A stretch of 47,191 nucleotides of DNA, taken from positions 1 to 47,191 of the forward strand of contig JAHDHG010000001.1 of the NCBI GenBank assembly GCA_020631435.1. The letters run 5' to 3'. Numbering within the stretch: position 1 is the first letter of the stretch; each line of letters starts with the position of its first letter. This stretch comes from Bacteriovoracaceae bacterium. Lineage in GTDB: Bacteria; Bdellovibrionota; Bacteriovoracia; Bacteriovoracales; Bacteriovoracaceae. The notes beneath the pieces are model-generated. The model was not told the origin of the DNA. It was given only the letters and a program-made list of their open reading frames with translations, and did no database searches. A program made the translations under genes and the position numbers. Positions 1-9,478 of the stretch are shown piece by piece.

Positions 1-427
<427 letters not shown>

Positions 428-656
428 ATCTTATAATTGATTAACTTAAATGTTTAAGCTCATTTATTATCTGTTCGATTGTTTTATGGTTTTAAGACGT
501 TTTGTTCAAAAGAATAAAACTTCTTCGATTTAGCTTCTAATCTCAATCAAGAGACAAACCAATACGCCAAATCTTAAAGTTTTCCATTAAACGGAGTTCT
601 TCTCATCTGATATCTAAAAACCCAAAAATATGGGTTCTAAGAAATTATTCTATATT

Positions 657-690
657 CAATTGTCAAAGAGCTACAGTTGCACTAACTGTG
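657..690 (-). promoter_or_regulatory. rRNA leader antitermination elements: boxB-like hairpin followed by a boxA-like box
   Basis: The minus strand reads ACAGTT-AGTGC-AACTGT (6-bp stem, 673-678/684-689). It is immediately followed by AGCTCTTTGACAATTG (657-672), which closely resembles the E. coli rrn boxA TGCTCTTTAACAATTT. The elements lie between the candidate promoter and the 16S 5' end. Confidence 0.6.
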
Positions 691-736
691 CAGCGCTTCA
701 TAGTAAATACTAATTAAAAACCTAAAGCGGTCTGTG

Positions 737-765
737 AATATAAGTCGATAAGCCAAGGAAGTCAA
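737..765 (-). promoter_or_regulatory. Candidate sigma70-type rRNA operon promoter
   Basis: The minus strand reads TTGACT (760-765), a 17-nt spacer, then TATATT (737-742). This is ~300 nt upstream of the mature 16S 5' end and upstream of the boxB/boxA-like elements. Confidence 0.6.
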
Positions 766-839
766 CAGGCAAAACGATTTTTTTTAATTATTTTTGAAAA
801 CTTGGAAAAACCAAATCAATGGCCAAGAATTAGATCGTT

Positions 840-1503
840 ATGAAGTTTAGAAAAATGGTCAATCTAGAGCAAAAGTGGCTTAAAGAATTAAACGAAGAAT
901 TTAGTAAAGATTATATGATTAATCTTGAAAGTTTTTTACTTCAAGAAGCTAAATCAAAGAAGATCTATCCTAGTGATATATACAGAGCATTTAACCTTAC
1001 ACCTCTTGATCAGGTCAGAGTTATTATCTTAGGTCAGGACCCCTATCATGGAGCAAATCAAGCTGATGGTCTAGCATTTTCAGTGAAAGATAAAACATCC
1101 ATCCCTCCAAGTTTAAAAAATATTTATAAAGAAATAGAAAAAGATTTAGGAGTTCCATCTCAAACAAGTGGTGACCTTACTAAGTGGGCAAAGCAAGGAG
1201 TACTTCTAATGAATTCAATTTTAACAGTAGAGCATGGCAATGCAGGATCAAAAAAAAGGATGGGAAAAATTTACAGATAAAGTAATAGAAATATTAAATA
1301 AAAAAAAAGAAAACTTAGTTTTCATACTTTGGGGTTCTTACGCGCAAAAAAAAGCTAATTTCATTAATACTAAAAAGCACCTTGTTCTAAAAGCACCTCA
1401 TCCTTCTCCTTTATCGGCCTATAGAGGCTTTTTTGGTTGCAAGCACTTTTCTAAAACAAATCAATATTTAGAAGAAAATAATAAATCAACAATTATCTGG
1501 TAG
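840..1503 (+). pseudogene. ung: Uracil-DNA glycosylase (family 1 UNG) split by a +1 frameshift in an A8 homopolymer (1250-1257)
   Basis: ORF 840-1280 carries GQDPYHG. ORF 1234-1503 (next frame) carries GWEKFTDKV and HPSPLSA. Removing one A from the A8 run fuses them into one 220-aa UNG-length ORF (…[15 protein letters not shown]…). Confidence 0.85.
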
Positions 1504-1543
1504 AAAAAATTAATGAGACTATAAAAAAATCCGAACTGATTAT

Positions 1544-3742
1544 ATGAAATTAATTTTGATAATTATTTCAATTCAGTTGTTTTCACAAGATTATATAGTC
1601 GACGGAATCGAATATTTAAATAATGAAGAAGAATGTAATGATGGAAGCCATTTAGAACCTTATGACGACTCTTGTTTCCCAGAAGTTTATAGTGAAATCA
1701 ATCATTATTATGAAAAACACAAAGAATATTCGAAAATATTATTTGAAAAAAAGAAAGCTCTTTACGAACAAGAGCATTATAAAAAAAGTCAGATCGCGAA
1801 CGCATATGTAAATCATTATGTTCCTAAATACTCAAAATTCAAAATAGATCAAAAGAAATATAAACGCTTTCACCAATTAAAAGAAATGGGGGTTGGATAT
1901 GACGAAGTTTATACACCAGATACAGCTAAGTTCATTTTAGATTTTTGTTCTAATAATGGAAAAGATCTTTATCCACCTATTGGTAAATGTAGAATTGAAG
2001 ATTATGAAGATGCTTCAAAGAAAAACTCATTTATAAGTTTTGCTGGAAAGTCTAAAAATGACGGTGTTGATGTACTTGATTACATAAGAAGTTTACAAGC
2101 TAAATCTATGGGATTTGGAGGAGAAGAAAATACAACTCTAACTGAAGAAGAAGCGAAGTTATTAATTGGATACAAAGATCAAAAGTTATCACACATCTAT
2201 ACTATGGGTGGTATCTTAGGAGACGATCCTTTGATGTCTGATTCTCTTTCCGAATATGGCTGTCCTGTAAAGCGTCGAGAAATGGCAAGTGGTAGACTTG
2301 GCGGAATGGATGGATTTGATGATGTATTTTTTAATATTCTTACAATGGGAGTGGGAAAATTAGTTTTACTTTCATTAAATAAATTAAGAAGCATGGCCCT
2401 CAGACTTGGATTTAAAAAATCTTTGAAAAATTATTCTAAACAACAATTGGCAAAGTTAATTTTGAGCCTAAAGAATACTGCAAATATAGCACTTGGGAAA
2501 AAACTTTCCGCAAAAGCTGATAAAGTTCTCAGAAACGAATTTGCAGAAGTAATAGTTGGCAGATCACTAAATAAAACCGAGAAAGAAGCTGTCTGGTTAG
2601 CACATTTAGTTGGATGGGGAAAAAAAGGGAAAAATGGAAAGTTAGCTGGCTATAATAATTACACTAAGGCCCAACTAAAAGAAAAATTTCAAATTTTAAA
2701 AAAAGCAGGGTTTAGTGATGATGAGATAAGAAGTCTAATCAGAAATGGAATTGTCGGCGATAAAGGTCCTGTTGATACGGCAATCATTATTAGAAGAAAT
2801 ATTAATAAATATATTGGACCAGAAGTTTTATTTAAACCTTCAAAAGAAATGAGTGAAGAAGCATTTGAGAAATTCGTAAAAAAACAGCTAGATGATGCTC
2901 TCAAAGGTTGCAAGGGAAATGAAGAATGCATAGACCTAGTTTTAAAGAGAGTAAGTAGATTAAATACTTATGGTAAAAAACATATCGATAAAGTGATTTC
3001 AGGTTACAAAACTGCCACTAACGCCGCCGCAAAAAATGCAACTAGTACATATACTAAAACAAAAGTTGTATCAGTAACGACCTCAAGACTAGACAGTGCA
3101 CCTTCAACGAAAGAATTCATAGAAAGAGCAGACAAAAACATTAAAAGTATGACTGAGGCAATAGAAAAAAACAAGAAGAGAAGAGATGAATTATTAAAGA
3201 AGTCAAAAGAAAGTGATGAGTTTGCAAAAAAAGCTAAGTCTGAACTTGATGAACTTAACTCAAATATAAAATATACAGAAAATAAAATTTCAGAGACGAT
3301 TGCTTCAAAAAAAGTAGTAGACAAAATAGAGACTTTTCCAATTCCAGAAAAGCTCGATGATTACATTAGTTTTGGAGGAGACAAATTCCAAGAAATAAAT
3401 AGATATCAAGATAAAATGGATGGCATAAGGTCAAATGTAAAATCAGAAGTTACTAAACTCAACACAACAGGCGTAGATGCAAAAGTTACGAAACAGTTAA
3501 AAACATTGGCGAATCAAAAGGTATATAAGTTTTCAAAATCTATTGATTCAGCAGAGAGAGTGAAAGTTGGATATTTAAATACAGTTAAACAATCACTTGA
3601 AACTATTTCAAAACGTTCTTCTAAAAAATACCAAGAGTTATTAAGTACAAAAAAATATACTCAAAATGATCTTTTAGAGTTTAGAGGACAAGGTTTCCTA
3701 ACCGATTTCGAATATACTAAACTCTCTAAACTTTTAGATTAA
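1544..3742 (+). CDS. Large hypothetical secreted protein (732 aa) with an N-terminal signal-like segment and a Lys-rich, coiled-coil-like C-terminal third
   Basis: Long uninterrupted ORF. The N-terminus MKLILIIISIQLFSQ is hydrophobic. I recognise no family motif. The C-terminal ~230 aa are K/E/S/T-rich with a heptad-like character. Confidence 0.8.
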   Translation: MKLILIIISIQLFSQDYIVDGIEYLNNEEECNDGSHLEPYDDSCFPEVYSEINHYYEKHKEYSKILFEKKKALYEQEHYKKSQIANAYVNHYVPKYSKFKIDQKKYKRFHQLKEMGVGYDEVYTPDTAKFILDFCSNNGKDLYPPIGKCRIEDYEDASKKNSFISFAGKSKNDGVDVLDYIRSLQAKSMGFGGEENTTLTEEEAKLLIGYKDQKLSHIYTMGGILGDDPLMSDSLSEYGCPVKRREMASGRLGGMDGFDDVFFNILTMGVGKLVLLSLNKLRSMALRLGFKKSLKNYSKQQLAKLILSLKNTANIALGKKLSAKADKVLRNEFAEVIVGRSLNKTEKEAVWLAHLVGWGKKGKNGKLAGYNNYTKAQLKEKFQILKKAGFSDDEIRSLIRNGIVGDKGPVDTAIIIRRNINKYIGPEVLFKPSKEMSEEAFEKFVKKQLDDALKGCKGNEECIDLVLKRVSRLNTYGKKHIDKVISGYKTATNAAAKNATSTYTKTKVVSVTTSRLDSAPSTKEFIERADKNIKSMTEAIEKNKKRRDELLKKSKESDEFAKKAKSELDELNSNIKYTENKISETIASKKVVDKIETFPIPEKLDDYISFGGDKFQEINRYQDKMDGIRSNVKSEVTKLNTTGVDAKVTKQLKTLANQKVYKFSKSIDSAERVKVGYLNTVKQSLETISKRSSKKYQELLSTKKYTQNDLLEFRGQGFLTDFEYTKLSKLLD

Positions 3743-6134
3743 ATCCTGCTTGAGCTAACTCATCAACAACCTTCTCCTCATAAGACTTGATCACCTCAGC
3801 AGAAAGAGTTTCATTAGAATTAGAGAAATTAAACCTTAAAGTGACAGCGTTATGCTCATCGTTTAAATCAAAAGATTTTACTATTTTAGCAGATTCTAAA
3901 TCTTTATTTTTTAACTTCTTTGTCACCTTCAAAGTCTCCGAAGCATGCATCGATTTTGGAACTAAAACAGTACAATCAAATTGCGAACTAGGAAACTTAG
4001 AAATTGGATTATATTTATGAGCCTTCTGAACTTGAGATTTACAAAAATCAGTTAAATCCAGCATTAAAATTGAGAGATGTCCTTTAATTTTAAAATCTCT
4101 TAAAACTATGGGGTGAACTGAAAAAGCAGCTCCTAAAGTTTTTCCTCTAATAGCGATATCCATATATTCATGAGGATGCAGACCTTTCCATTTTTGAGGT
4201 ATAAGTGAGCAAGGCTTTCTAGAATTTTCTTTTGTTGCGAGTTGATAATTTAGACCTAGAAAATTTAAAAACTTCTCGGAAGTATTCAATAAATTTACAA
4301 AAGAAGAAGAAGTCTTAGAGAAAAATGCTAGACCAAGCACATTTCTCTCATCTTCGAAGTCATTATATACTCTCCCCCACTCAAAGAAAGAAAAGTCTGA
4401 AAAGTTCTTAGTATTCACAGATGCCATTTCAAGAAAATTAGGAACAAGACTAGGTCTCATCCGATCTTGATCGACTGACAAAGAGTTAATCAAAGAAAGT
4501 TTTTCATTTAAATTTGGCCATGAGGCCTTTTTAAGAAGCTTTTTTCCTATAAGAGGATAACTCATCACTTCTAAACTCTTGGCATGTAAAGACATGAAGT
4601 CTTGTATCTTTCTTTCCATTTCTTTATAAGGGGTCAGTCTTACTGGATTGACTCCAAGAAAAGGTGATTTTATTGGAATTGTATCATAACCAACAATTCT
4701 TCCAATTTCTTCAGCTAAATCATGCTGCCCTTCAATATCTTTAGTTGCTCTATAAGTGGGAACTTTTACTTCAAAATCATTACTGCCAGTAACTTCAAAA
4801 TCTAAACTTTCTAGAATAGATTTAATTTTTCCACTCTCAAGTTCTAATCCCAAAATATTATTAATATAAGCCGAGGAAGTTTTTATTCGCGGCTTTTCAT
4901 TATTTATAGTTGATCCATCATAAACTGGCTTACCAACCACTTTAGCATCTGGGCAAAGTTCTAAAACTAAATCTAAAGTTCTTAGTAAAGTTCGATAACA
5001 AAGATTCAAATCTAGAGACTTTTCAAACCTTGTAGAAGAGTCTGTTCTAAGTCCAAGTCTCGTAGAAGTTTTTCTTACTTCTTCAGCTTTCCAATTTGCA
5101 ACTTCAATAAAAATATTTTTTGAATTATCTTGAACACCACTGTTAGCTCCGCCCATCACACCTGCTAAAACCAAAGCCTTATCGTTATCAGAAATTACTG
5201 TATCTGTATCAAGAAGAGTTCTTTCCATTTCATCTAAAGTTGTAAATTTTTCATTTTCTTTAGCAAGATGAATTTTTAACTCATTACCGTTAATAAGGTC
5301 TCTATCGTAAATGTGAAGTGGAAGCCCCAGCTCAATCATGACATAATTAGAAATGTCTACAATATTATTTATAGACCTAAGCCCCACGGCCTCTAACCTA
5401 TCGACCATCCATTGAGGACTTTCACTCACTGTAATATTATCAACACTGAGCCCCCAGAAACCTAAACAAGAAGATTCAGGCTGAACCTTAAGATTAATTG
5501 GATTTGGATCAGAATTAAACTTTGATTCTAGATTATTTTTCCAACTCTCACTAAATTTATCGTTAAGAGGAGTTTCATAGATAGCTGAAAACTCTCTAGC
5601 TAATCCAAAATGCCCCCATAGATCTGGTCGATGAGTAAGTGATTTATTATCAACATCAATTAAAGTATCAGAGTTAATATTTAAATGAGTTTTTAAATTT
5701 TCACCAAGAGGAGCATCGTTTGATAACTCCATTAAACCAGAAGCGCCATCTCCTAATCCTAGTTCAGATGCGGAACAAAGCATCCCTTCACTCAAAACTC
5801 CTCTAATTTTTTTAGGCTCTAGAGTAAATCCTCCAGGAAGAGTGACTCCAATTTTTGCATAAGGAACCTTGAGTCCAACTTTAACATTAGGAGCTCCACA
5901 GACTACTCTTGCTGTATTAGATCCATCAGTAAATGTTACCAAATTCAGCTTATCAGCTTCAGGATGTTTTGCGATTTCAGTGATTTCAACAACTCTAATT
6001 ACTTCAAGATGAGAATTTACTTTTTTAACTTCTTCGACTTCTGCAGTTTTCATCGTAAAAGTGTTAGCAAGATCGTGAATATTTACTTCTGGCAAATTAA
6101 CGAAGTCTTTTATCCAATTAAGAGAGATTAACAT
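3726..6134 (-). CDS. pheT: Phenylalanine--tRNA ligase beta subunit
   Basis: 802 aa. The N-terminus MLISLNWIKDF… with a tRNA-binding domain (KHPEADKL…VVCGAPN), B3/4 and B5 regions is typical of PheT. It lies directly downstream of pheS. Confidence 0.95.
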   Translation of the reverse strand: MLISLNWIKDFVNLPEVNIHDLANTFTMKTAEVEEVKKVNSHLEVIRVVEITEIAKHPEADKLNLVTFTDGSNTARVVCGAPNVKVGLKVPYAKIGVTLPGGFTLEPKKIRGVLSEGMLCSASELGLGDGASGLMELSNDAPLGENLKTHLNINSDTLIDVDNKSLTHRPDLWGHFGLAREFSAIYETPLNDKFSESWKNNLESKFNSDPNPINLKVQPESSCLGFWGLSVDNITVSESPQWMVDRLEAVGLRSINNIVDISNYVMIELGLPLHIYDRDLINGNELKIHLAKENEKFTTLDEMERTLLDTDTVISDNDKALVLAGVMGGANSGVQDNSKNIFIEVANWKAEEVRKTSTRLGLRTDSSTRFEKSLDLNLCYRTLLRTLDLVLELCPDAKVVGKPVYDGSTINNEKPRIKTSSAYINNILGLELESGKIKSILESLDFEVTGSNDFEVKVPTYRATKDIEGQHDLAEEIGRIVGYDTIPIKSPFLGVNPVRLTPYKEMERKIQDFMSLHAKSLEVMSYPLIGKKLLKKASWPNLNEKLSLINSLSVDQDRMRPSLVPNFLEMASVNTKNFSDFSFFEWGRVYNDFEDERNVLGLAFFSKTSSSFVNLLNTSEKFLNFLGLNYQLATKENSRKPCSLIPQKWKGLHPHEYMDIAIRGKTLGAAFSVHPIVLRDFKIKGHLSILMLDLTDFCKSQVQKAHKYNPISKFPSSQFDCTVLVPKSMHASETLKVTKKLKNKDLESAKIVKSFDLNDEHNAVTLRFNFSNSNETLSAEVIKSYEEKVVDELAQAGFNLKV

Positions 6135-6143
6135 AATGAATTC

Positions 6144-7184
6144 CTAGAAGTGAGAAAATTGAGAGTTAAATCTTAGATCACCTTTATGAAGGTATCTAAT
6201 ATCGTCGATTTTATAATTGACCATGACTAATCGATCAAGACCTAGTCCAAAAGCAAATCCTGTATATTTATCTGGATCTACTCCTCCGGCTTTTAAAACA
6301 TTAGGATGAACCATGCCACAAGGAAGAAGCTCGAGCCAACCTGAATGTTTTGCTTCTTCATCTTTGGGATCTGGTTTCTTCCAACGGATATCCAATTCAA
6401 AACCAGGTTCAACGAAAGGAAAGTATCCAGGCCTAAGCCTCACTTCCATATCTTTTTGAAAAATTTCTTTTAAAAGAGTTTTCATAAAGTAGATAAGGTG
6501 TCCTGTGTTAATATTTTCACCGACCATCATTCCTTCTAATTGATGAAAACAAGTTTCATGAGTTGCATCAGTTCTTTCACATCTAAATACTTTTCCAGGC
6601 CCAACGAAAGCAAAAGGTGGTTTTCTTTCTTCCATTCCTCTTATTTGAATCGTAGAAGTGTGTGTTCTTAAAAGATGCTTTTTATCCTGAAACCAAAAAG
6701 TATCTTGCATGTCTCTGGCTGGATGAGTTTCAGGAATATTTAAGGCCTCAAAATTATAATGTTCCGTTTCTATATGAGGGCCATCTAAAACTTCAAATCC
6801 CATAGAGAGAAAAATATCTTCAATCTTTCTTTGAATTTGGTGAGTTGGATGAATTCCTCCTGAGATAAGTCCTTGATCCATATTGGAATCTCTTAAGGAG
6901 AAATCGATTCTTTCTTTATCAAGTTTTTCGTTAATCTCTTTTATCTGAATATTTTTAAGAGAATCTTGAATTGAAGCTTCTATGATATTTTTAACTTCAT
7001 TTGATTTGGGACCAATCTGTTTTTTTTCTTCTACAGATGCGTCTCTTAAGCCTTTCATGATTTCAGAGAGTAAACCTTTTTTTCCAATATACTTAGCTTT
7101 TAGGTTTAAGACATCTGCTTGTTTTTCAAGAGAAGAAATTTCTTTTTGGAACTCTGTCCAGAGGGATTCTATTTTATCTAACAT
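6144..7184 (-). CDS. pheS: Phenylalanine--tRNA ligase alpha subunit
   Basis: 346 aa with class II aaRS motifs (HPARDMQDTF, LLRTHTS, FRCE…DATH, GFAFGLGLDRL). Confidence 0.95.
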   Translation of the reverse strand: MLDKIESLWTEFQKEISSLEKQADVLNLKAKYIGKKGLLSEIMKGLRDASVEEKKQIGPKSNEVKNIIEASIQDSLKNIQIKEINEKLDKERIDFSLRDSNMDQGLISGGIHPTHQIQRKIEDIFLSMGFEVLDGPHIETEHYNFEALNIPETHPARDMQDTFWFQDKKHLLRTHTSTIQIRGMEERKPPFAFVGPGKVFRCERTDATHETCFHQLEGMMVGENINTGHLIYFMKTLLKEIFQKDMEVRLRPGYFPFVEPGFELDIRWKKPDPKDEEAKHSGWLELLPCGMVHPNVLKAGGVDPDKYTGFAFGLGLDRLVMVNYKIDDIRYLHKGDLRFNSQFSHF

Positions 7185-7276
7185 ATGAAAGATATAATAA
7201 GCTTTGAGAAGGATTAACTCAAGAGTAATGAATCAATTCAGTCAAAATCAGGTTTATTATAACGGTTTGGTTTTAT

Positions 7277-7795
7277 TTAAACTGACAGGAGACTTGATCT
7301 ATTAGAATTAAAAAAATCAATTTTCTCAGGGCTTAAATAGTCGGGATATGTCCATGGAAGGCCTTGATAAGTCTTATTTTGAAAAGTGTAAGTTAACTCT
7401 GCATAGACACCATCTTTAAGGTGTACTCTATGCGAGTAAGGCTTGCCAGTGGCCAAGACTAGATTTTCTTTACTTATATAACCACAATCGAGATTTATTG
7501 ATCGTTTTCCTTCTAAAAGAGATTGGTTTTCAAGTTGAGTTGTGAGGAGTTTAAAATTAACAAGTTGATCTCTAGAGCCAATGTTTTTAAAAATATAAAT
7601 AGCTCTATCTAACTCATCCCCCATCTCGTTGGAGTAATAATCTATCAAAGGGTTTTCAGAAGGCCTAAGAATATCCTGAATAACGAAGTCAAAATGAAAG
7701 AAGAGATCTTCTATTTTTTTATCATCCCAAATTTTAGGATTAAAAAGGACAGAGCAAAAAAATAATACTTGGTCTGGTTTATTTAACTGACTCAT
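7277..7795 (-). CDS. Hypothetical protein (possibly DUF4416-like)
   Basis: 172-aa ORF whose start overlaps the stop of the upstream kinase gene by 4 nt (ATGA-type coupling). The family guess is from overall resemblance only. Confidence 0.6.
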   Translation of the reverse strand: MSQLNKPDQVLFFCSVLFNPKIWDDKKIEDLFFHFDFVIQDILRPSENPLIDYYSNEMGDELDRAIYIFKNIGSRDQLVNFKLLTTQLENQSLLEGKRSINLDCGYISKENLVLATGKPYSHRVHLKDGVYAELTYTFQNKTYQGLPWTYPDYLSPEKIDFFNSNRSSLLSV

Positions 7796-8733
7796 AACTT
7801 ATTAACCTCATTTTTAAATTCTTCGATATCAATTGTAGCAGTACCTACTTTTTGTATAACTAAGCCAGAAGCAATATTAGCAAGAGTTGCTGCTTGCTCT
7901 AAGGTCGAACCCGCCACTAACGAGGCAGTCAGAACAGCGATACTTGTATCACCTGCTCCACTGACATCGTAAACTTCCTTAGAGAAAGTAGGAACTAGTT
8001 TTTTTTCATTTTTATTAGAGATCAACATTCCCTCTGCACCTTTAGTAATGACTAAAGACTTAACGCCAAGGGAAGTTCTTAAAAAGTCAGGATCGATCTC
8101 AATTTTACCAAAAGATCTAGAGATAAAGCTTGCTTCTTTTTTATTTGGTTTAAAAAGATCAACACTTTTATAGACAGATGGGTCTTTGGTAATTGATGGA
8201 TCAACTGCGACAAAAATATGATGAGCTCGACATTCATCAATAATAATCTTTAAATTTTCTTCTGTAAGAAATCCCTTGCCATAATCTTGTATAATAACAC
8301 CATCAAACTTGGATATATTAGAAGTAATCCATTCTTTAACTTCCAAAGATTCAAAAGGGTTATGATCTTCATAATCAATTCTACAAATCTGCTGATTCCC
8401 TGCTAGAACTCTTTGCTTTAAGATAGTTCTTCTAGAAGGGTCTTTAAAACAATGAATTTCAATGTTTGAATCTTCTGCAAGTTTTTTCATTTCATCAGCA
8501 AGAGTGTCGTCTCCACTTAAACCTAAAAGGGAACATTTAATTCCAAGAGATGATAAATTTTCAGCGACATTTGCAGCAAGTCCTAACTTTTTCCATTCTT
8601 TCTCTACATTTAAAACAGGCACAGGTGCTTCAGGTGAAATTCTTTTTACTTCTCCTTGAGAATAAAAATCTACTCCAATATCACCAATAACCAAGATATT
8701 TAAATCACTAAATTTAGAAGTTATTTCTTTCAA
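7792..8733 (-). CDS. hldA: PfkB-family sugar kinase, D-glycero-beta-D-manno-heptose-7-phosphate kinase-like (stand-alone HldE domain I / HldA)
   Basis: The N-terminus ILVIGDIGVDFY…RISPEAPVPV is the characteristic RfaE/HldE kinase-domain motif. The C-terminal DVSGAGDT is the PfkB anion-hole motif. No adenylyltransferase domain is attached. Confidence 0.8.
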   Translation of the reverse strand: MKEITSKFSDLNILVIGDIGVDFYSQGEVKRISPEAPVPVLNVEKEWKKLGLAANVAENLSSLGIKCSLLGLSGDDTLADEMKKLAEDSNIEIHCFKDPSRRTILKQRVLAGNQQICRIDYEDHNPFESLEVKEWITSNISKFDGVIIQDYGKGFLTEENLKIIIDECRAHHIFVAVDPSITKDPSVYKSVDLFKPNKKEASFISRSFGKIEIDPDFLRTSLGVKSLVITKGAEGMLISNKNEKKLVPTFSKEVYDVSGAGDTSIAVLTASLVAGSTLEQAATLANIASGLVIQKVGTATIDIEEFKNEVNKL

Positions 8734-9416
8734 AGAATTCCTTTCTCTTCTATTAAGTCTGAGATTTTCCCAAGGACTTCATCAAAACCCAGAGATGTTG
8801 TATCAATTTCAATAGCATCATCTGCTTTTACCAAGGGAGCATGCTCCCTATTTATATCATTAAAATCTCTTTTTTCTACATCAGCAATCATCTGTTCTAA
8901 TGTGATTTCTTCGCTTGGATTTTTATTTTTTAATTCGTCTAGCCTTCTTTGAGCTCTCACTTTTGAACTAGCAGTTAGATAAACTTTAAGAAGTGCATTA
9001 GGAAAGACAAAAGATCCAATATCTCTTCCTTCCAAGATAGACATCTTTTTTGAAGATTTTACAATTTCTCTCTCAAGCTCTTCTACCTTACTTCTCACAT
9101 CTTTTAATTTAGAATATTTCGAAGCAAGTTCAGAAATATGGTGCTTTCTTATTTCTTGAGCATAATCAATGTGATTCACTTCAAGCTTTAAAGTATGTTG
9201 AGAGTTATCATAAGAAATATTTAAGTTCTTTAAATAACTTTGAATAGAATCTAATTCTATATCATCTTTATCTAGTAAAAGAGCGATAACTCTAAATAAA
9301 GCACCTGTATCAATATGATTAAGATTAAACTTATCAGCAATTGCCTTAGTAATAGATGATTTTCCACTACCTGCAGGTCCATCAATAGCAATTATCTGAT
9401 CTTTTAATTGAGACAT
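8730..9416 (-). CDS. cmk: Cytidylate kinase
   Basis: IIAIDGPAGSGKSS…HIDTGALFR is the typical Cmk P-loop plus NMP-binding signature. 228 aa. Confidence 0.92.
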   Translation of the reverse strand: MSQLKDQIIAIDGPAGSGKSSITKAIADKFNLNHIDTGALFRVIALLLDKDDIELDSIQSYLKNLNISYDNSQHTLKLEVNHIDYAQEIRKHHISELASKYSKLKDVRSKVEELEREIVKSSKKMSILEGRDIGSFVFPNALLKVYLTASSKVRAQRRLDELKNKNPSEEITLEQMIADVEKRDFNDINREHAPLVKADDAIEIDTTSLGFDEVLGKISDLIEEKGIL

Positions 9417-9478
9417 AAATCATGTTTAGCATTTAAGGTTTCATTCCTCAACATCTTGAATGACTAAAAGAGAGAAAA

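Noticed and set aside
657-672. The TTGACA on the minus strand, first read as a -35 box of an rRNA promoter
   Set aside because: No acceptable -10 lies at 16-18 nt spacing. The surrounding 16-mer matches boxA much better, and it lies downstream of a stronger TTGACT-17-TATATT promoter.
7185-7276. A search for a pheST attenuator with a Phe-rich leader peptide, as in E. coli
   Set aside because: There is no ATG-initiated Phe-rich mini-ORF or convincing terminator/antiterminator pair in the 92-nt spacer.
2197-8659. Short antisense or overlapping ORFs inside long genes (2197-2394, 2689-2931, 3004-3324, 3787-4020, 6982-7188, 8462-8659)
   Set aside because: They are fully embedded opposite well-supported CDSs (the 732-aa ORF, pheT, pheS and the kinase gene). 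Their products are low-complexity, with no start signals.
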